Source: the human T2T-CHM13v2.0 reference genome, Homo sapiens. From it: DNA of 64,000 nt. The position numbers and the translations under genes are program-made. Of the stretch, positions 1-19,706 are shown piece after piece. A model generated the notes under the pieces. The model worked only from the letters and a program-made list of their open reading frames with translations. It was not told where the DNA came from and ran no database searches. The DNA lies in assembly GCF_009914755.1 (NCBI RefSeq), contig NC_060930.1; one strand, written 5' to 3'. Numbering within the stretch: the first letter of the stretch is position 1; the number at the start of each line of letters is the position of its first letter.

Positions 1-152
<152 letters not shown>

Positions 153-319
153 TTAAAACAAAGTATTACCATGTTTAATATCTCAGTTATTATTAATAGC
201 ATTATGTATTATTAACATATTATGTATGCTATAGTATATATAACTATAAAATATAATTCAAACTCGAAGCATGTCAATAAAAATAATCTGACCCCAGAAT
301 GAGGGTATTCCTCCTTTAA

Positions 320-1830
320 TTCATTCCTCTAATCAATACATATTTGTTGAACACATTTTTGTGCAGACACTGGGCTAGGTAGAAAGGTTCAATGGTGAAT
401 TAGCCCTTTCCAGAGTGTGTGATTTAGCAGTGCAGACCAACAAGAAACAACAAGAAAGTGACAGTGGCAGAGCAGAAGGTGCAACGGTAAGACAAAGCAA
501 GAACATCAGACACAGCAGGAGGAAGGCTCAGGGATGACTTTGCCAGAGAAGTGTGGCTAGGTTGAAATACAAAGGATAAAGAGAAGTTAGACAAGCAGAA
601 GGGTTTTGGAAGGGAGCAGAAGACAGAATTTAGACATTGAGGGACAATCCTAGGAGGGAAACGGGGGGCAGATCTGAGAAGATTTGTGACCTATGTTAAG
701 AAATCGGTCAAAGATGTTGAGGGCTTTTAATATGGGCAGAGACACAATCAGACAATGATCACTGTCTCCAGTGAAATTGTGTCCTGAAAGTGGATCAGAC
801 AGCACAAGACTAGAATCAGAAAGACCTGTTGGGAAGCTATGGCAATCATTCACACAGGTTGATCGGGTCAGGGTATGTATTAGTCTGTTTCACGCTGCTG
901 ATAAAGACATACCTGAGACTGGGCAATTTACAAACAAAAGAGATTTAATTGGACTTACAGTTCCATGTGGCTGGGGAAGCCTCACAATCATGGCAGAAGG
1001 CAAGGAGGAGGAAGTTCCATCTTACATGGATGGCAGCAGCCAAAGAGAGAATGAGAAATACGCAAAAGGGGAAACCGCTGATAAAACCATCAGATCTGGT
1101 GAAACTTATTCACTACCATGAGAATAGTATGGGGGAAACTGTCCTCATGATTCAGTTGTCTCCCACCAGGTCCCTCCCACAACACATAGGAATTATGGGA
1201 GCTGCAATTCAAGATGAGATTTGGGTGGGGACACGGAGCCAAACCATATCAGAATAGTACTCCCAGCATGAAGAGAAGTGAACAACAACAACAACAAAAA
1301 ACGATTTAGGAAATAGAAAAAGAAAATAGACCTTAGTAATTGACTAGATCTGGCAATGTAGAGAAGGCAATGTCAAAAATAAGCCCTAGGTTTTAGCTCA
1401 GTTGTAGCTAGAAAGAAAACAATGAGTTCAATGAAGCATGGAGGTAAGAAAGAACTTGGTTTCAATCCCACCTTGGCCACTTATTTCAAGCTGTGTTGGA
1501 AGAGGTTGAGGGGTAGGAGAGTGAAAGTTGCCTGGCACATGTTCTATGGCTTTCATCTCCATGTGTTTGGTGATACCATCCATTGAAATAGCCAGGGGGA
1601 TGCCAATTTAGAGAAGGAGATGATGAGTTTAATCTCGGACATGTTGAAATACCTATGGGACACTCAAGAGGCCACGTCTAATAGGCACTTGGATATACAG
1701 ATCTCAAGCAAAAAAGAAGGGTTTTTAGCAGGTAAAATAGATTTGGAATTTAAAAAAATGTTAACTCTTCCAAAGAGATGCTGGACTCCAAAGAATATCA
1801 ACATTTAAGGAGTACAGAAAGGAAATGGAG
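320..1830 (-). mobile_element. Degraded L2 LINE fragments, interrupted by a THE1 LTR
   Basis: L2 3'-end-like 'tcattc...aatacatatttgttgaacacatttttgtgcagacactgggctagg', followed by purine-rich L2-like sequence. Boundaries approximate. Confidence 0.5.
876..1251 (-). mobile_element. THE1 (MaLR) solo LTR
   Basis: tgtattagtctg...ccaaaccatatca is the reverse complement of the THE1 LTR termini; about 376 bp. Confidence 0.9.
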
Positions 1831-3483
1831 ACATCAAGTGATCCACTGCTAAGGCCAATTTGTCATCAATCAACACAGTTATATACTAATTAGAGTGGTG
1901 AGACTTAATTTTTTGAGAAAAAAACAATTACTACTTTTCGATGGGAACAAAAGAGTTAGAAATATTAATAACCCTTCCTGGTAGATAGTAAACAAGGTGG
2001 AAGTAACAGCCATCATTCAACTTTGCCAAATTTGGAAGAGGAGAAACTTTGACATTAAATTTTGAAATTCGGGGAAATTAAGTAGGCACATGATGAGCTA
2101 GCTGAGGGGATAGAAATGGTCATAGTTAAGCTTCTACACAAACTGAAAGAAACTACAAAATAAAGTATTTGTTCTCCGCCTTAACCTAAGCTGAAGGTTT
2201 CAGCCCAAAACCATCAGCTGAGTTCAAAGAGGCAAAAAGGAATGTCAAGCCCAGGGAATGACCTCCACCTCACCCTTTTCTACCCTCAAGACATAACTAT
2301 AGGGAAAGACTGAGGTATGAAAATGGGGACATTCCACAGCAAATGTGTATGATTGGAGGAGCAGGCTCCTGAGATAGAAAGCTTTGGGAAAATAATAAAG
2401 CAGGAAGAACCAGGGGCACCAGGTTTGTTCCATCGCAATGAAAGGGTGATGGGAACAGTGGGCTAGGATCAAACACGAAGAAAGATTACTAGAGCTCTGG
2501 AAAGTTCGTCACTGCATCTTATTTTTATTAATCTTTGCCATTTTTTTATTAGTGGCTAGCAGTAAAGTAAAGCCCTTAAGTTTCTGCTTTTTTGTTTTTT
2601 TGTTTTGTTTTTAAATCGTGGGCCTGTTTTAAGAGAAAGCAAGGAAACAGAAAACACCAAGCATGGGTCCTATTTCACGTCTGTGAGAGGAACTCTACAA
2701 AGAACGAACAACGTGGTGGAAGAAGGAGGGAAGCAGGTGACCTCTGAGCCCTGAGAAGGGATGGAAGGAGAAGCAGAGTCAGCCTGGGACAGAGAACAGG
2801 CGGGACAAGGGGATGCAAATCAGGCGACAAGAAACCTGTGCAGGATCCAGCAGTGTTAACAGCACCCGTGCTGCTCATAGGTAGAAAAGAGGAAACAGGC
2901 AGCAGGGGGAAAAAGGCGGTAAAAGCACTCTGGCAAGGATCTTCGAGGCCAAGCTCTACTAAGAATTCAAAACAGGATAGTCCTGTGAGCATATCCTACC
3001 AGACGCTGAGAAAAAGTATCTAAAAACAGAGTATGAGTGAGTGTTTAACAAACTCGGAGGGAAAATGGCATTTCATTTAAAGTTGGAAAACAGTCAAAGT
3101 TAATGAGCAAGATACTTAAACTTATTTTTATCATATAATTGCATTCTAAATTGTATACATTCAAAATAATTTTAATATCTATTTTGTAAAATGTTAATAT
3201 CTATTTCATAAAATATTCATAAAATGCAATTAATTCCTCATGAAATGCGTATTTTTCCTCACATGTAATAATGAAAAGATGAAGAACAAACAGGCAGTCA
3301 CCACCACGTGCCAGGCCCTGTGATCTTGGGTGATGTGGGTGAATATGTTGAATTCTCGCAACAAAACTCAGAGGGAGCATCAGCATCTTCCAAGTTGACA
3401 GACAGGCAGCCACACTGCAGCAGCTGAAATAATGAAGGTCACAGCAAAGCACCCATAAGGAAGGACATCACACAGACACCTGC

Positions 3484-3542
3484 CTGATCGTTCCTTTGCA
3501 GACTGCAGCAATGCCACCTCCATCTCCAGTTCACTTCTGAGT
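3484..3542 (-). CDS. C6orf118: C6orf118 coding exon 6 (59 nt, GC donor)
   Basis: ttgtag|A CTC AGA AGT... giving (R)LRSELEMEVALLQSAKERS(E). Ends CAG|gcaggt; only this donor keeps frame with exon 7. Confidence 0.9.
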
Positions 3543-4035
3543 CTACAATGTGAGGATAAACAATAGGGAAATATTAGATCCCCATTATATCTTTTGTCTT
3601 TTGTCTGGGTTACACCACAAGTCTCTTACAGTTGAGAAATTAAAATAGATCTGCTTACTTTTAACACGACAGATACTCTGAAGATATTTATTAAATGACA
3701 GCCTAAATCAGTCAAGTTAAACAAAATAATACTGTCTTACCAAGATTGCATAAGCCTTTAAAGAGTTAGTTAATTTAAAATAAATGATTTCCTGTAGAAT
3801 TTATTGGTATTTTTTGTTAATGCAATTGCTAAGAAGGAAGAAGGCAAAAAAAATTTAAAAAAGATAATTTAAAAAAACGTAGCATTTTACACTCAGAGGC
3901 AAACAACATGTTAAGGGCTATGGAAAGACTTTCCTGATGCTGAAATACACGGCATCTTTCCTGTGTATTATTATTCTGTGCAACAGATACGATTTACAAA
4001 TTTCACTATGTTTAAATTAAAAATAAAATACAAGA

Positions 4036-4487
<452 letters not shown>

Positions 4488-4608
4488 CTAACAGGTATTA
4501 CATATTTTGAGGACAACACTGTGATTTGATTTAAAACATCCACATGCAAATAATTTAAAGCCAAATGTCTACAAAGGGCCTAACATTTTAAGAGTTTTAC
4601 ACATGTTA

Positions 4609-6288
<1,680 letters not shown>

Positions 6289-6290
<2 letters not shown>

Positions 6291-6350
6291 TTTGTTGTTG
6301 TTGTTGTTGTTTTCGTTTTTTGTTTTTTTTTTTTTTTTTTTTTTTTTTTT
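6289..6350. repeat. (TTG)n / poly-T simple repeat
   Basis: ttgttgttgttgttgttgttttcg followed by a long T run. Confidence 0.85.
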
Positions 6351-6366
6351 GCCTTGGCATTCACTT

Positions 6367-7521
6367 TGAACAGAAGTTTAATTTTCTCACTCCAGAAGCA
6401 GGGCTCAGTCACCATTGCTTGACACAGTTTCTCGTGCTTCTCCTCCTCCCAGTGCCTCAAAATGGTCAGTTCAGATATCTGCCTTAAACAACCACCTCCC
6501 AGGGATCACCCACTATGAGACAGCTAAATACAACCTACTTTCCTCAACCCACTGACCCCGCACCCTGTAGGGGCCATGAGAATATGCTGCAGTGACCCAG
6601 AAAGCACTCTCCATCACAGTGTGACCCCACAGAACTCGTGCCTTCTTGCCCTAAACCCACCGATCAGAATTCCCCATGGAAAACCCGCTTGGGTCCCGCT
6701 CTGGACCCAAACAAAAGACTTGGTCCATCGGTCCTCACTCTCTCTCTTGCTCCCCTACCTGCTGGTGGAGCGAGTGTGTTTCAGGCAGCTCCCCACTTCC
6801 TACCACCCCTGAGAGGTACGCTGCCTTCTTTTCTCTGGGATCCGTAAGTAACAAATCTGCTATTTAATGTGCTTTGTTCTGTGGCCTTCTCTGTGCCTCA
6901 CCTGATGGACACACTTGAATGTCACCTTTTACCAGCCAGGGCTCCCCTAGAGACTGGCTATCTTGGTAGGAATAAACTAGATACACACCAGACAACAACC
7001 ACGAGGGCTTCTGCCAGTATAGTCGGGTTTCTTGTGAGAGGAATATCTGGTCACAGGTCAGACACTTGGACATTAAGCCTGAAGGCCAGGATGAAGACAC
7101 ATCCCATGAAGGGTACCCTGAGAATATCCTCCACCAGCCCCCAAAGCTCCATCAGGGGAGGGCTAGAGTTCATAGCCACCCTTGTGAGAGAGACCTTAAG
7201 ACCAAATTGGAGGCCAGGTGTGGTAGCTCATGCCTGTAATCCCAGCACTTTGGGAGGCCGAGATGGGTGGATCACTTGAGGTCAGGAGTTCAAGACCAGA
7301 CTGGCCAACACAGTGAAACCCTGTCTCTACTAAAAATACAAAAATTAGCCGGGCGTGGTGGTACACACCTGTAATCCCAGCTACTCAGGAGGCTTGAACC
7401 CGGGAGATGGAAGTTGCAATGAACTGAGATCACCCCACTGCACTCCAGCCTGGGCGACAGAGCAAGTCTCCATTAAAAAAAAAAAAAAAAAAGAAGAACA
7501 AATTGGAACAACAAATACAAC
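6367..7521 (+). mobile_element. ERVL-type solo LTR (MER73/MER74/MER54-like), split by an Alu
   Basis: TG start with 'ctccagaagcagggctcagtcacc..tgacacagtttc' and a CA end 'aagaccaaatt...aaatacaaca', as recalled for this LTR group. Confidence 0.55.
7212..7493 (+). mobile_element. AluS with a deletion of about 17 nt in the right arm
   Basis: TSD aagaccaaattgga (7198-7211) / aagaacaaattgga (7494-7507). Right arm reads gaggct|tgaacc, a deletion between two gct microhomologies. Confidence 0.9.
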
Positions 7522-8048
7522 AGTTCTCTGTCTTCTGGTTACACTAGAAGCCAAATTTTGTTTTTTGGTTTTGTTTCTTGTTTCATGCTCTTGAAGATAT
7601 TTTGGATGTTGCAGATTTCCTTTAATCTTTTTTCAAATCATACAAAGAGTATGCCCTATCCAATTGTTATTCGACCCCGGAAAATGATACAGAGAGGTTA
7701 TATTAGAAGAGCTTTGTAAGTTAAAAAACAATAGGGGCATTCATATAAGGTGTCTTAGATCTGCAGCCCTCTCGCCTATCAGTCAGTCTTCAGGGGACCA
7801 CCAGAAAAGACAGGCAATTCCTTGAGAAACCTGCCCAAACTCCCCCCATGGACACACCATACTTAGCAGAATGTCTTAGTCACATAGGTGATGGCCTGTA
7901 GAAATAGCCAGATGACAGGCATGATATTAGCAAAAGTAGCATGTTTTCAGCAACGCAGAAATCAATGTAACCGTAGGCTTGTCACAGCGGTTTCAGACCT
8001 TGTTACGGAAGAATCTAAACATAGATCAGATCCGTCCCTCATGCCTCA

Positions 8049-8174
<126 letters not shown>

Positions 8175-9488
8175 CTAGGCAGGACCAGGTACATGAGGTG
8201 AGACAAGCACACAGGGAGGGCGGGAGGACTCCCTTTCTTATTTGTCATTAATGCGTTTTCAAGGTGCCCTGGGTTAACATATAAGTTCTAGTTAAAATAG
8301 GTAAATTGGGAGGATTTAAGGGAGGGAGGGCCGTTGGGGGAGGGATGGCCCATCAGTGAAGTTCCCGGTAAAATACCTTTTTCAATATGTTAAAAGTTTA
8401 TTTTTCTAAGAAATGGAAAGATGGTAGGGAATTTCCCTGTTGGCCCGTGTGGGGGGAAGGACATACTGGATAAAGTCCTGGAGGCACATTGTCAGTGGCA
8501 CCGCAATCGTTTCCTCTAGGTGAATGAGAAGCCATGTGAATGTGCTTGCCATCCGCAGATGTAAAGCAGTGCTGTGCTCAAATGGGGAGCAACAGAGATC
8601 TCTGCTTCTTAGGGGATGGGTTGCCAGGGTTACAGACACAGAAAGAGGCATCCAGGGCCCTGCTGGCCTGGGAATTTTTTCATGCTCACATTTGACCGAG
8701 ATAGGGACGTATGCCACTTATGACTCAATCTCAAAACGTAAGGAACAAGGTAAATTCCCCACTGGAGGCTTTGCTCATTCTTGTGAAGACAAAGGCTGCT
8801 TCTGTGTTATGAAAAGGCTCAGCACAAAGAAAATGGTACTCACATCTTATTTTACATGAAGAAGCAAACTAGAACTGATCTCCTTGCAATGCTGTGATCT
8901 TTTGCTCATGTATAAAAGAAGCAACTATCTTTCCTAATTTATGAAGTAAAATTAATCTTTAAAGTGTATTGAATTCAAAATACCAAAGTTATCTTAGCTA
9001 TCTTAGCTACAGTGTTAGATTTTCTTAGGTTTTATAAGTGATAAAGTTATTCCTGCAGTATATTTTCTTATTTGACCAATCACATGTTTAACCCGACCCT
9101 GGAAGGGAACACCTGGAACGCTGTCACCCGTTAAACAAAGAGATCATGGGGTTTGAGTCAGCTTACAGCACACCAGCCATCACAATGCATTCTCAGTGAT
9201 TTCGCCAGGACAATGGCTGGACAGTGGTTTTTGGAAATTACTGGAAGAGAACCATTTATATTCCCAATTTATACATAGATAGTTATGTCGCTTGTTTGGG
9301 AGTATAAATAATGCTATGCCAATCAAAAGGAAAGTTCTTTATCAATAATGTTATTAAGGCAGTATAAAACTCATCTATAACAAAGAACATATCAGCTATT
9401 CTAAATTATGGGGCACACATGGGGCTTCTTGGATTCAGAAAGGTTTCCACTGCTCATGAAATATGAAGCTATGGATAAGCAGGCTCTA

Positions 9489-9635
<147 letters not shown>

Positions 9636-9835
9636 TCACGTGTATAAATAATACGGAAGTCAAGAATGTTCATTTAGATCATTTCAGAAAAATATAAAAT
9701 GTTCCCACAATGCATTAAACGGTATACATGCTCACATTGATAAAATCACACCATCTTTGAAGCATATTTGAGCATTAAGTATTGATTACCTCAGAATATC
9801 ATAAAATACCATACAATAAAATATAAAATATTGAG

Positions 9836-10053
9836 GCAATCTCTGCCTCCCGGTTCAAGCGATTCTCCTGCCTCAGCCTCTGAGTAGCTGGGATTATAGG
9901 CATGTGCCACCACGCCCAGCTAATTTTTGTATTTTTAGAAGAGATGGGGTTTCACCATGTTGGCCAGGCTGGTCTTGAACTCCTGACCTAAAGTGATCTG
10001 CCTGCATCAGCCTCTCAAAGTGCTAGGATTACAGGCATGAGCCACAGCACCCA
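9836..10053 (-). mobile_element. AluS lacking its 3' end and poly(A) tail
   Basis: Antisense Alu from gcaatctctgcctccc to gagccacagcaccca. About 60 nt of the right-arm 3' end and the tail are absent. Confidence 0.88.
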
Positions 10054-10406
10054 AAAATCACTTTCATCATGAAATTGCAACAAACCTATAATTCCATAAG
10101 GATTCAAATAACATTACACATGTAAAGTTAAATTATTAATTTATTAGAATTATAATTAAGTTATATAAAATTTATAAACGGTTATGCATAATTAGGAAGC
10201 TTTAGTGGGAAAATATGGGTTTGAGGAATGAGTTAACTGGGTGTTGATTCCACATGGCCCCTTACAATTTACGTGCCTGCAGGCAGATGACCTCGAGTCT
10301 CTGGGAGTGATGGTCCCTGTCTGTAGAAGGGGGCCTGTGATACCTAGCAGAATTTCAGTGCGGCTTGAGATCATTCTTGTACACAGAACCTCATGCAAGC
10401 TTCTCA

Positions 10407-10586
<180 letters not shown>

Positions 10587-11335
10587 TCAGGGTGGCTTCA
10601 TCTTTCTTCCAGAACCGAATTTCTCAGGAGTCAGTGAGGACACAGCTGCCATCACCCTGGCGAGTGGGCGGGGCGGCACAGGGGGCCAGTCTCGGGGGTT
10701 CTGATCCCTCCCACCAGTTGCTGAGCTTCTTTGTTTCCCTGGTCACCCAAGATGTGGGATTTTTTTAAAAAAATCTTTTCTTCTTTATTGACTCCCTTGC
10801 TCCCCGTGCTCAAGCATTCACTCTCCGCCTCCACAGTCCCCAAAGGCCCTTTCTCTCTTCCAACCCCAAGGCCTGGCTGCTTCCTGGGGGCCTGCTATTT
10901 TCTTCTCTTTCGTGCATCGTCCCCATTTGGAGGTGATGCCTCCAGTCAGCTGTTCTCCTCTGAGTCGGCAGCCTACCGTAGATCTTCTGTACACATGTGC
11001 TGCCTGGGCATACCTCAGGGCGTGACAGTGCCCATCAGCTCTCCCTCTGCCCTCACGGTTCTTCCACCGTCAGCCAGGCAAGCCCTCTCTCAGACCCCTC
11101 TGCTGACCTACGAACATCTGATTTACTGTTGCAGCCACATGGCCTCCAATGCGTCCGCTATGGGCCTCCCCCAGCTGACCAGTTCCCAGAAGGCGCCCTC
11201 CTTCATTTCACCCAAACTGTCCCCATTGAAGGTGCTAATGCTCTCGGCACCTGGTACAGTGCTGCATCCTGCCTGGACGTATCCGGGAAGCCTCAGAGGA
11301 CGAGCCTCTCAGCTCACCGTCGTGGCTGTCCCTGA

Positions 11336-12373
<1,038 letters not shown>

Positions 12374-13352
12374 TCAGAAAAGAAAAGGAGGCTCTTAGGG
12401 ATCGCTCTTAGTTCCACAGTAAGTCAGCTGGTGCACTGGCTGAGAGGCGTAGCCCCTGACCAAAAGAGGGTCTATGGAGAAACAGACGAACAGAGTACAT
12501 GGCCCAGCCCTTAAAAGTCAAAGGCACCCGTGCCCGGCCCAGTGTGCTGCTGCAGATGAGAGGCGCCCAGGCCCCCAGGATGTGCAAGTCAACCCGAAAG
12601 CTCAGGACCGTCAAAGCCAATAAGAAAAAGACAGACTATCTTGATTTGGCAGAGTATTTCTTACAATACTAGCAAAGGCTCTGAAAGAAAAGTGTACAAT
12701 CTTAATTATAATTCTTAATGATGATGCTTAAAGATGTCTTCTTTAACGTATTTCACCGGCCGGGGAATTCAGAAAGGGTTTGGGGGGTATTCTCACTTAA
12801 TGATAAACTGTCTCAGCAGTCCCTGACTAAACCCCTCAATGACCAATGGCACACACACCTCTTCCTGCAGCATCCCTACAGAGCCAACCCCCAGGGCTTT
12901 TGAACCACAGTTGCCTCCTCTGCAACATCAGAGTCATCATCTCAATCAAAATTGTTGATTGACACCCAGGTGGAACCACTTTTGGCAAAGAGGCACATGG
13001 CCTAGAAGAGACGCTTCATAAATTCTACCCATTTTTGCTGCAGGTCTATAGTACAGGTAACACGTTACTGAACACTTCAGATAGAACAAGAGCAGCCCAG
13101 ATTTGCCCCCTTCATTTGCTGTTTTCTAACCTAAGAAGGAGAGTTTCTTTCTGGGACACTGTGTACTGTGATGGCCAAAGGGCAGCAGGCCCATCCATAC
13201 CCTCCTCAGAGAAACTTCCTCTGTCCATTGAGAAGCAAACCATCCTTCCCTGAGTCAACCAAGGCGGCTGAATACTGGAGCCAATATTTTCAGCAGAGGG
13301 ATGCTAGAGAATCGCCGCTGTTGATCAGCTTAGTCCTTCAGAGCAACCACTT

Positions 13353-16570
<3,218 letters not shown>

Positions 16571-16634
16571 GAATAATATTCATAGAAATGGAATTTCTAG
16601 GTGAATGCAAAAAAAAAAAAAAAAAAAAAAAAAA
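16571..16634 (+). other. Putative L1 3' transduction (38 nt of unique sequence plus a second A26 tail)
   Basis: gaataatattcatagaaatggaatttctaggtgaatgc lies between the L1 poly(A) and a second pure A run (16609-16634). Confidence 0.65.
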
Positions 16635-16988
16635 GAAATGATTAACAGAACAAATTCTCCAAGGCAACAATCATTGTAATTCGTCAAAGGCATGAACACT
16701 TAAAGCTCTAAAAGGCACCTTGTACCAACTCTATGGAAGATGGAAGAAGGAGGCGACTTCATTGCTGTTGTGTTATCCTTTGTTTATTTTATTTCCAAGA
16801 AGGATTTGAAGCCATCAGCAAGTCAATCAACACAATCATTTTCCCACTTCAAATGCTTTTTCTTTTGATTGTAGTAAGAGCTGCTCCAGACAGAAGTTTC
16901 CACTTCTGTCTGCCACATTCTTGTAATATATGCCATGAATCCCCATCGTGGCAATAAATATTTTAATCATTTTCCCATCTGAAAACAT

Positions 16989-17011
16989 TGTGTGTGTCTG
17001 TGTGTGTGTGT
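16989..17011. repeat. (TG)n microsatellite
   Basis: tgtgtgtgtctgtgtgtgtgtgt. Confidence 0.75.
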
Positions 17012-17349
17012 ATCCTGCCTCTCTGCCTGAGAGAGAAAACAAACAAACAAAAAAGAAAGTTTTAAGAATTTATTGGAAATTATGACTCTCTTACAAAGAT
17101 TTGAAAACAAATTTGCTGTCAGTAAAACCAAACCAAGTTTTGAATGTGTACTGAATAGGAACATGTAGTAATAGGTCTTAGGCTACATTTGGGTTAATAC
17201 ATATTGCCAAAATTTAGTATTAAACATTTTTAAACAGAGGTTTTTTATTTGTTTGTTTCTTTGGAAATGTATCCATCCCCCCACCCCCCCCACCCCACCA
17301 ACCCCAGAATAGGACAATAGGCCTTTAATGTCAAAATTATTACAACTCA

Positions 17350-17642
<293 letters not shown>

Positions 17643-18218
17643 TTTTTTTTAATCACTGTCCCATGTTGTCAGATCTCTGGGAAACTGAGAATCCCATGGA
17701 AATTCTCCTTGGTCTCATTCTAGAACATTCATATTCCCTCTGCGTTTCTGCCCTCTGCCTTCTCTGCTCCTACCCTAAAGTCAGTGCACATCCTAAGAAA
17801 TGTACTTCTGGAAAGACTTCCAAGAACAGAGCAGCAGGCCCAGACCCACAGGCTCTCTGCTGGAGGAGAGCGGGAGCCTCAGGACAGGCCTGGCCAGTGG
17901 GGGTCTGTCCTCGAGTCCTGGGCTCCCCTCACAGAACTCGTTGCAGAACTCACAAAGAGCGTCCATCACTCCCCTGTGTCCATCCTACCAGCCGGAGAAT
18001 CTTTTCAGACTCCACTGAGATTGCAATCTGGCCTTTCCTGAACCCACGGATAAACATCTGTTGCCCCACGCTGCACTGTGTGCTTCAGGGGTGGGATGAA
18101 TGTGAGCCCCCAGGAACCTGGAAATCCCACAGGGAGTGAGATGCAGACCCAGGGCCACAGGGGACCTGAGCCCAAGGGAGAAGCACATGCCTCACATGGA
18201 CTCTGTCTCAGGGTGAAA

Positions 18219-18665
18219 TGTGGAAGCAGAATGATGGGACCCAGAGCTGGCCACCCTGACGCCAGAGGTCAGGGAAAGGGGACTTTACCAGCTGAATTCA
18301 GGTGATGGGCCTTAAAATAAAGTGATTAGTCTGGATGGTCAGGGCTCTAATCTAATCACGTGAGCCCCTAAAAGCAGAGAAGTTTCTCTGGCAAGAGTCA
18401 GAAGGGAGAGGTGGAAGAAAGGGGGTCAGGGAAGTTGCAAGGAAAGGAAGCTTCCAGACTCGCTGGATCCCAGGTGGAAGCCACAGGCCAGACAGGAGGC
18501 GACTTCCTAGGGCCAGGGCCCCTGCTGACAACCCACAATTCCCCCACCACAAGCGACAGGGTCATGCCAACAAGTCCACTGGGCCTGGAAGGGGTTCTTC
18601 CCCAGATCCCCTAGAAAGCAGCAAAACTGACCTTACCCTCGAGTCCAGCCTGGTGACAGCCTGAA
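18219..18665 (+). mobile_element. MLT1 (MLT1E-like) MaLR LTR
   Basis: 'aaaggggacttt...ccttaaaata...aatctaatcacgtgagccc.taaaagcagagaa.tttctc' matches the recalled MLT1D/E consensus. Confidence 0.65.
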
Positions 18666-18764
18666 GCTCTTTGTATACAAAGAAGAGAAAAGACAACTCC
18701 CCAAGGACTGAAAGACCCCTTTTTAAAATGACTCCCACTGTCTATTCCACAGCCGGTGTGCGGC

Positions 18765-18865
18765 ATGCTGATTCAATCCCCACAACAGCCCAGGAGGTAG
18801 GCGCCGTCCCATCCTCCTTTACAGGAGGGGAAACTGAGGTTCAGGTGGTCAGATGGTCAGCTGCC
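18765..18865 (-). mobile_element. MIR fragment
   Basis: acaacagccc..gaggtagg...tttacag.aggggaaactgagg core. Confidence 0.65.
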
Positions 18866-19634
18866 TCCAAGACCACGCTCTCAACCTGCCCACTCACCTG
18901 TACATGAAGAGCACTAAATGCATTCTGATATCACACAATAAAATTTCTTTTAAATCATTTTCTTGTTGAGACTGCTTTGCTCAGTCTAACAAGTTTTCTC
19001 TCTGCCCAAATTTCGTCTGAATCAGTCGGTAGTCCTGTTTCAGTCCCAGCACATGGCGGGTGGTGGGAAAAAGCGAAGGCTTCGAAGTCAAAAGACCTGG
19101 GCTTACCTCCCCACAGACTCCCATGCGTAAAATCACATTAATAGCACCAGCCTTCAGGGTCACAGAGACAAAATAAAGGACTTCTGACTTGATGAATGTG
19201 GACGCGCTGAGCTTTGTGGTCATTTATAGGAGCGCGGAAAGGCAGCATGCCAGGGAATGCTCTGAAGTGCGGCTTTTTAAAATCACCCTCTGAACAGCCT
19301 GCAACCTGCCGCTTCGTCCCTCCTCCTCCTCCTCCTCTTCAGGCTTCCGGAGACTCCAACACACGGCGCGTCCGTCCGCGCAGGTCCACACTCGCTGGCT
19401 CCCACGCCCACATGGCGCGCACCCCCCACCTCTGTGCTTTGCGCGCTGGTTTCAGATTCTCTGAGGAGGCAGCACAACCCCAATCCAGTCCTCAGCCCTA
19501 GTGACCCTGGAGCCGGCGTGCAGCCACCAGAAAAAGATTTTCACATTTCAAATCAGTCTTCAGAAGCCCATCCCTCCACAATTGAACATCAAGCAAATCT
19601 CACAAGCCAGCAAGAGCCGCTCCAGGCCACTTAC

Positions 19635-19659
19635 ATTCAGGCTCCCGCTCCTCCGCCAT
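19635..19659 (-). CDS. C6orf118: C6orf118 coding exon 1 (MAEEREPE + first base of Leu)
   Basis: gaagcgATGGCGGAGGAGCGGGAGCCTGAAT|gtaagt. Good Kozak context (G at -3 and +4). T joins TG of exon 2 to give Leu. Confidence 0.94.
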
Positions 19660-19692
19660 CGCTTCCTTCCCTCCAGCTGCCTGGGCTGGGCT

Positions 19693-19706
19693 GTCGCCGT
19701 GGAAAC
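19693..19706. promoter_or_regulatory. RFX X-box
   Basis: GTCGCCGTGGAAAC fits the GTYNCC-RT-GGNAAC imperfect palindrome and lies 34-47 nt upstream of the ATG. Confidence 0.7.

Noticed and set aside
19095-19483. Possible alternative first exon of C6orf118 (donor-like ggag|gtaagc near 19106)
   Set aside because: A single donor-like motif in a CpG-rich region cannot be supported without transcript data.
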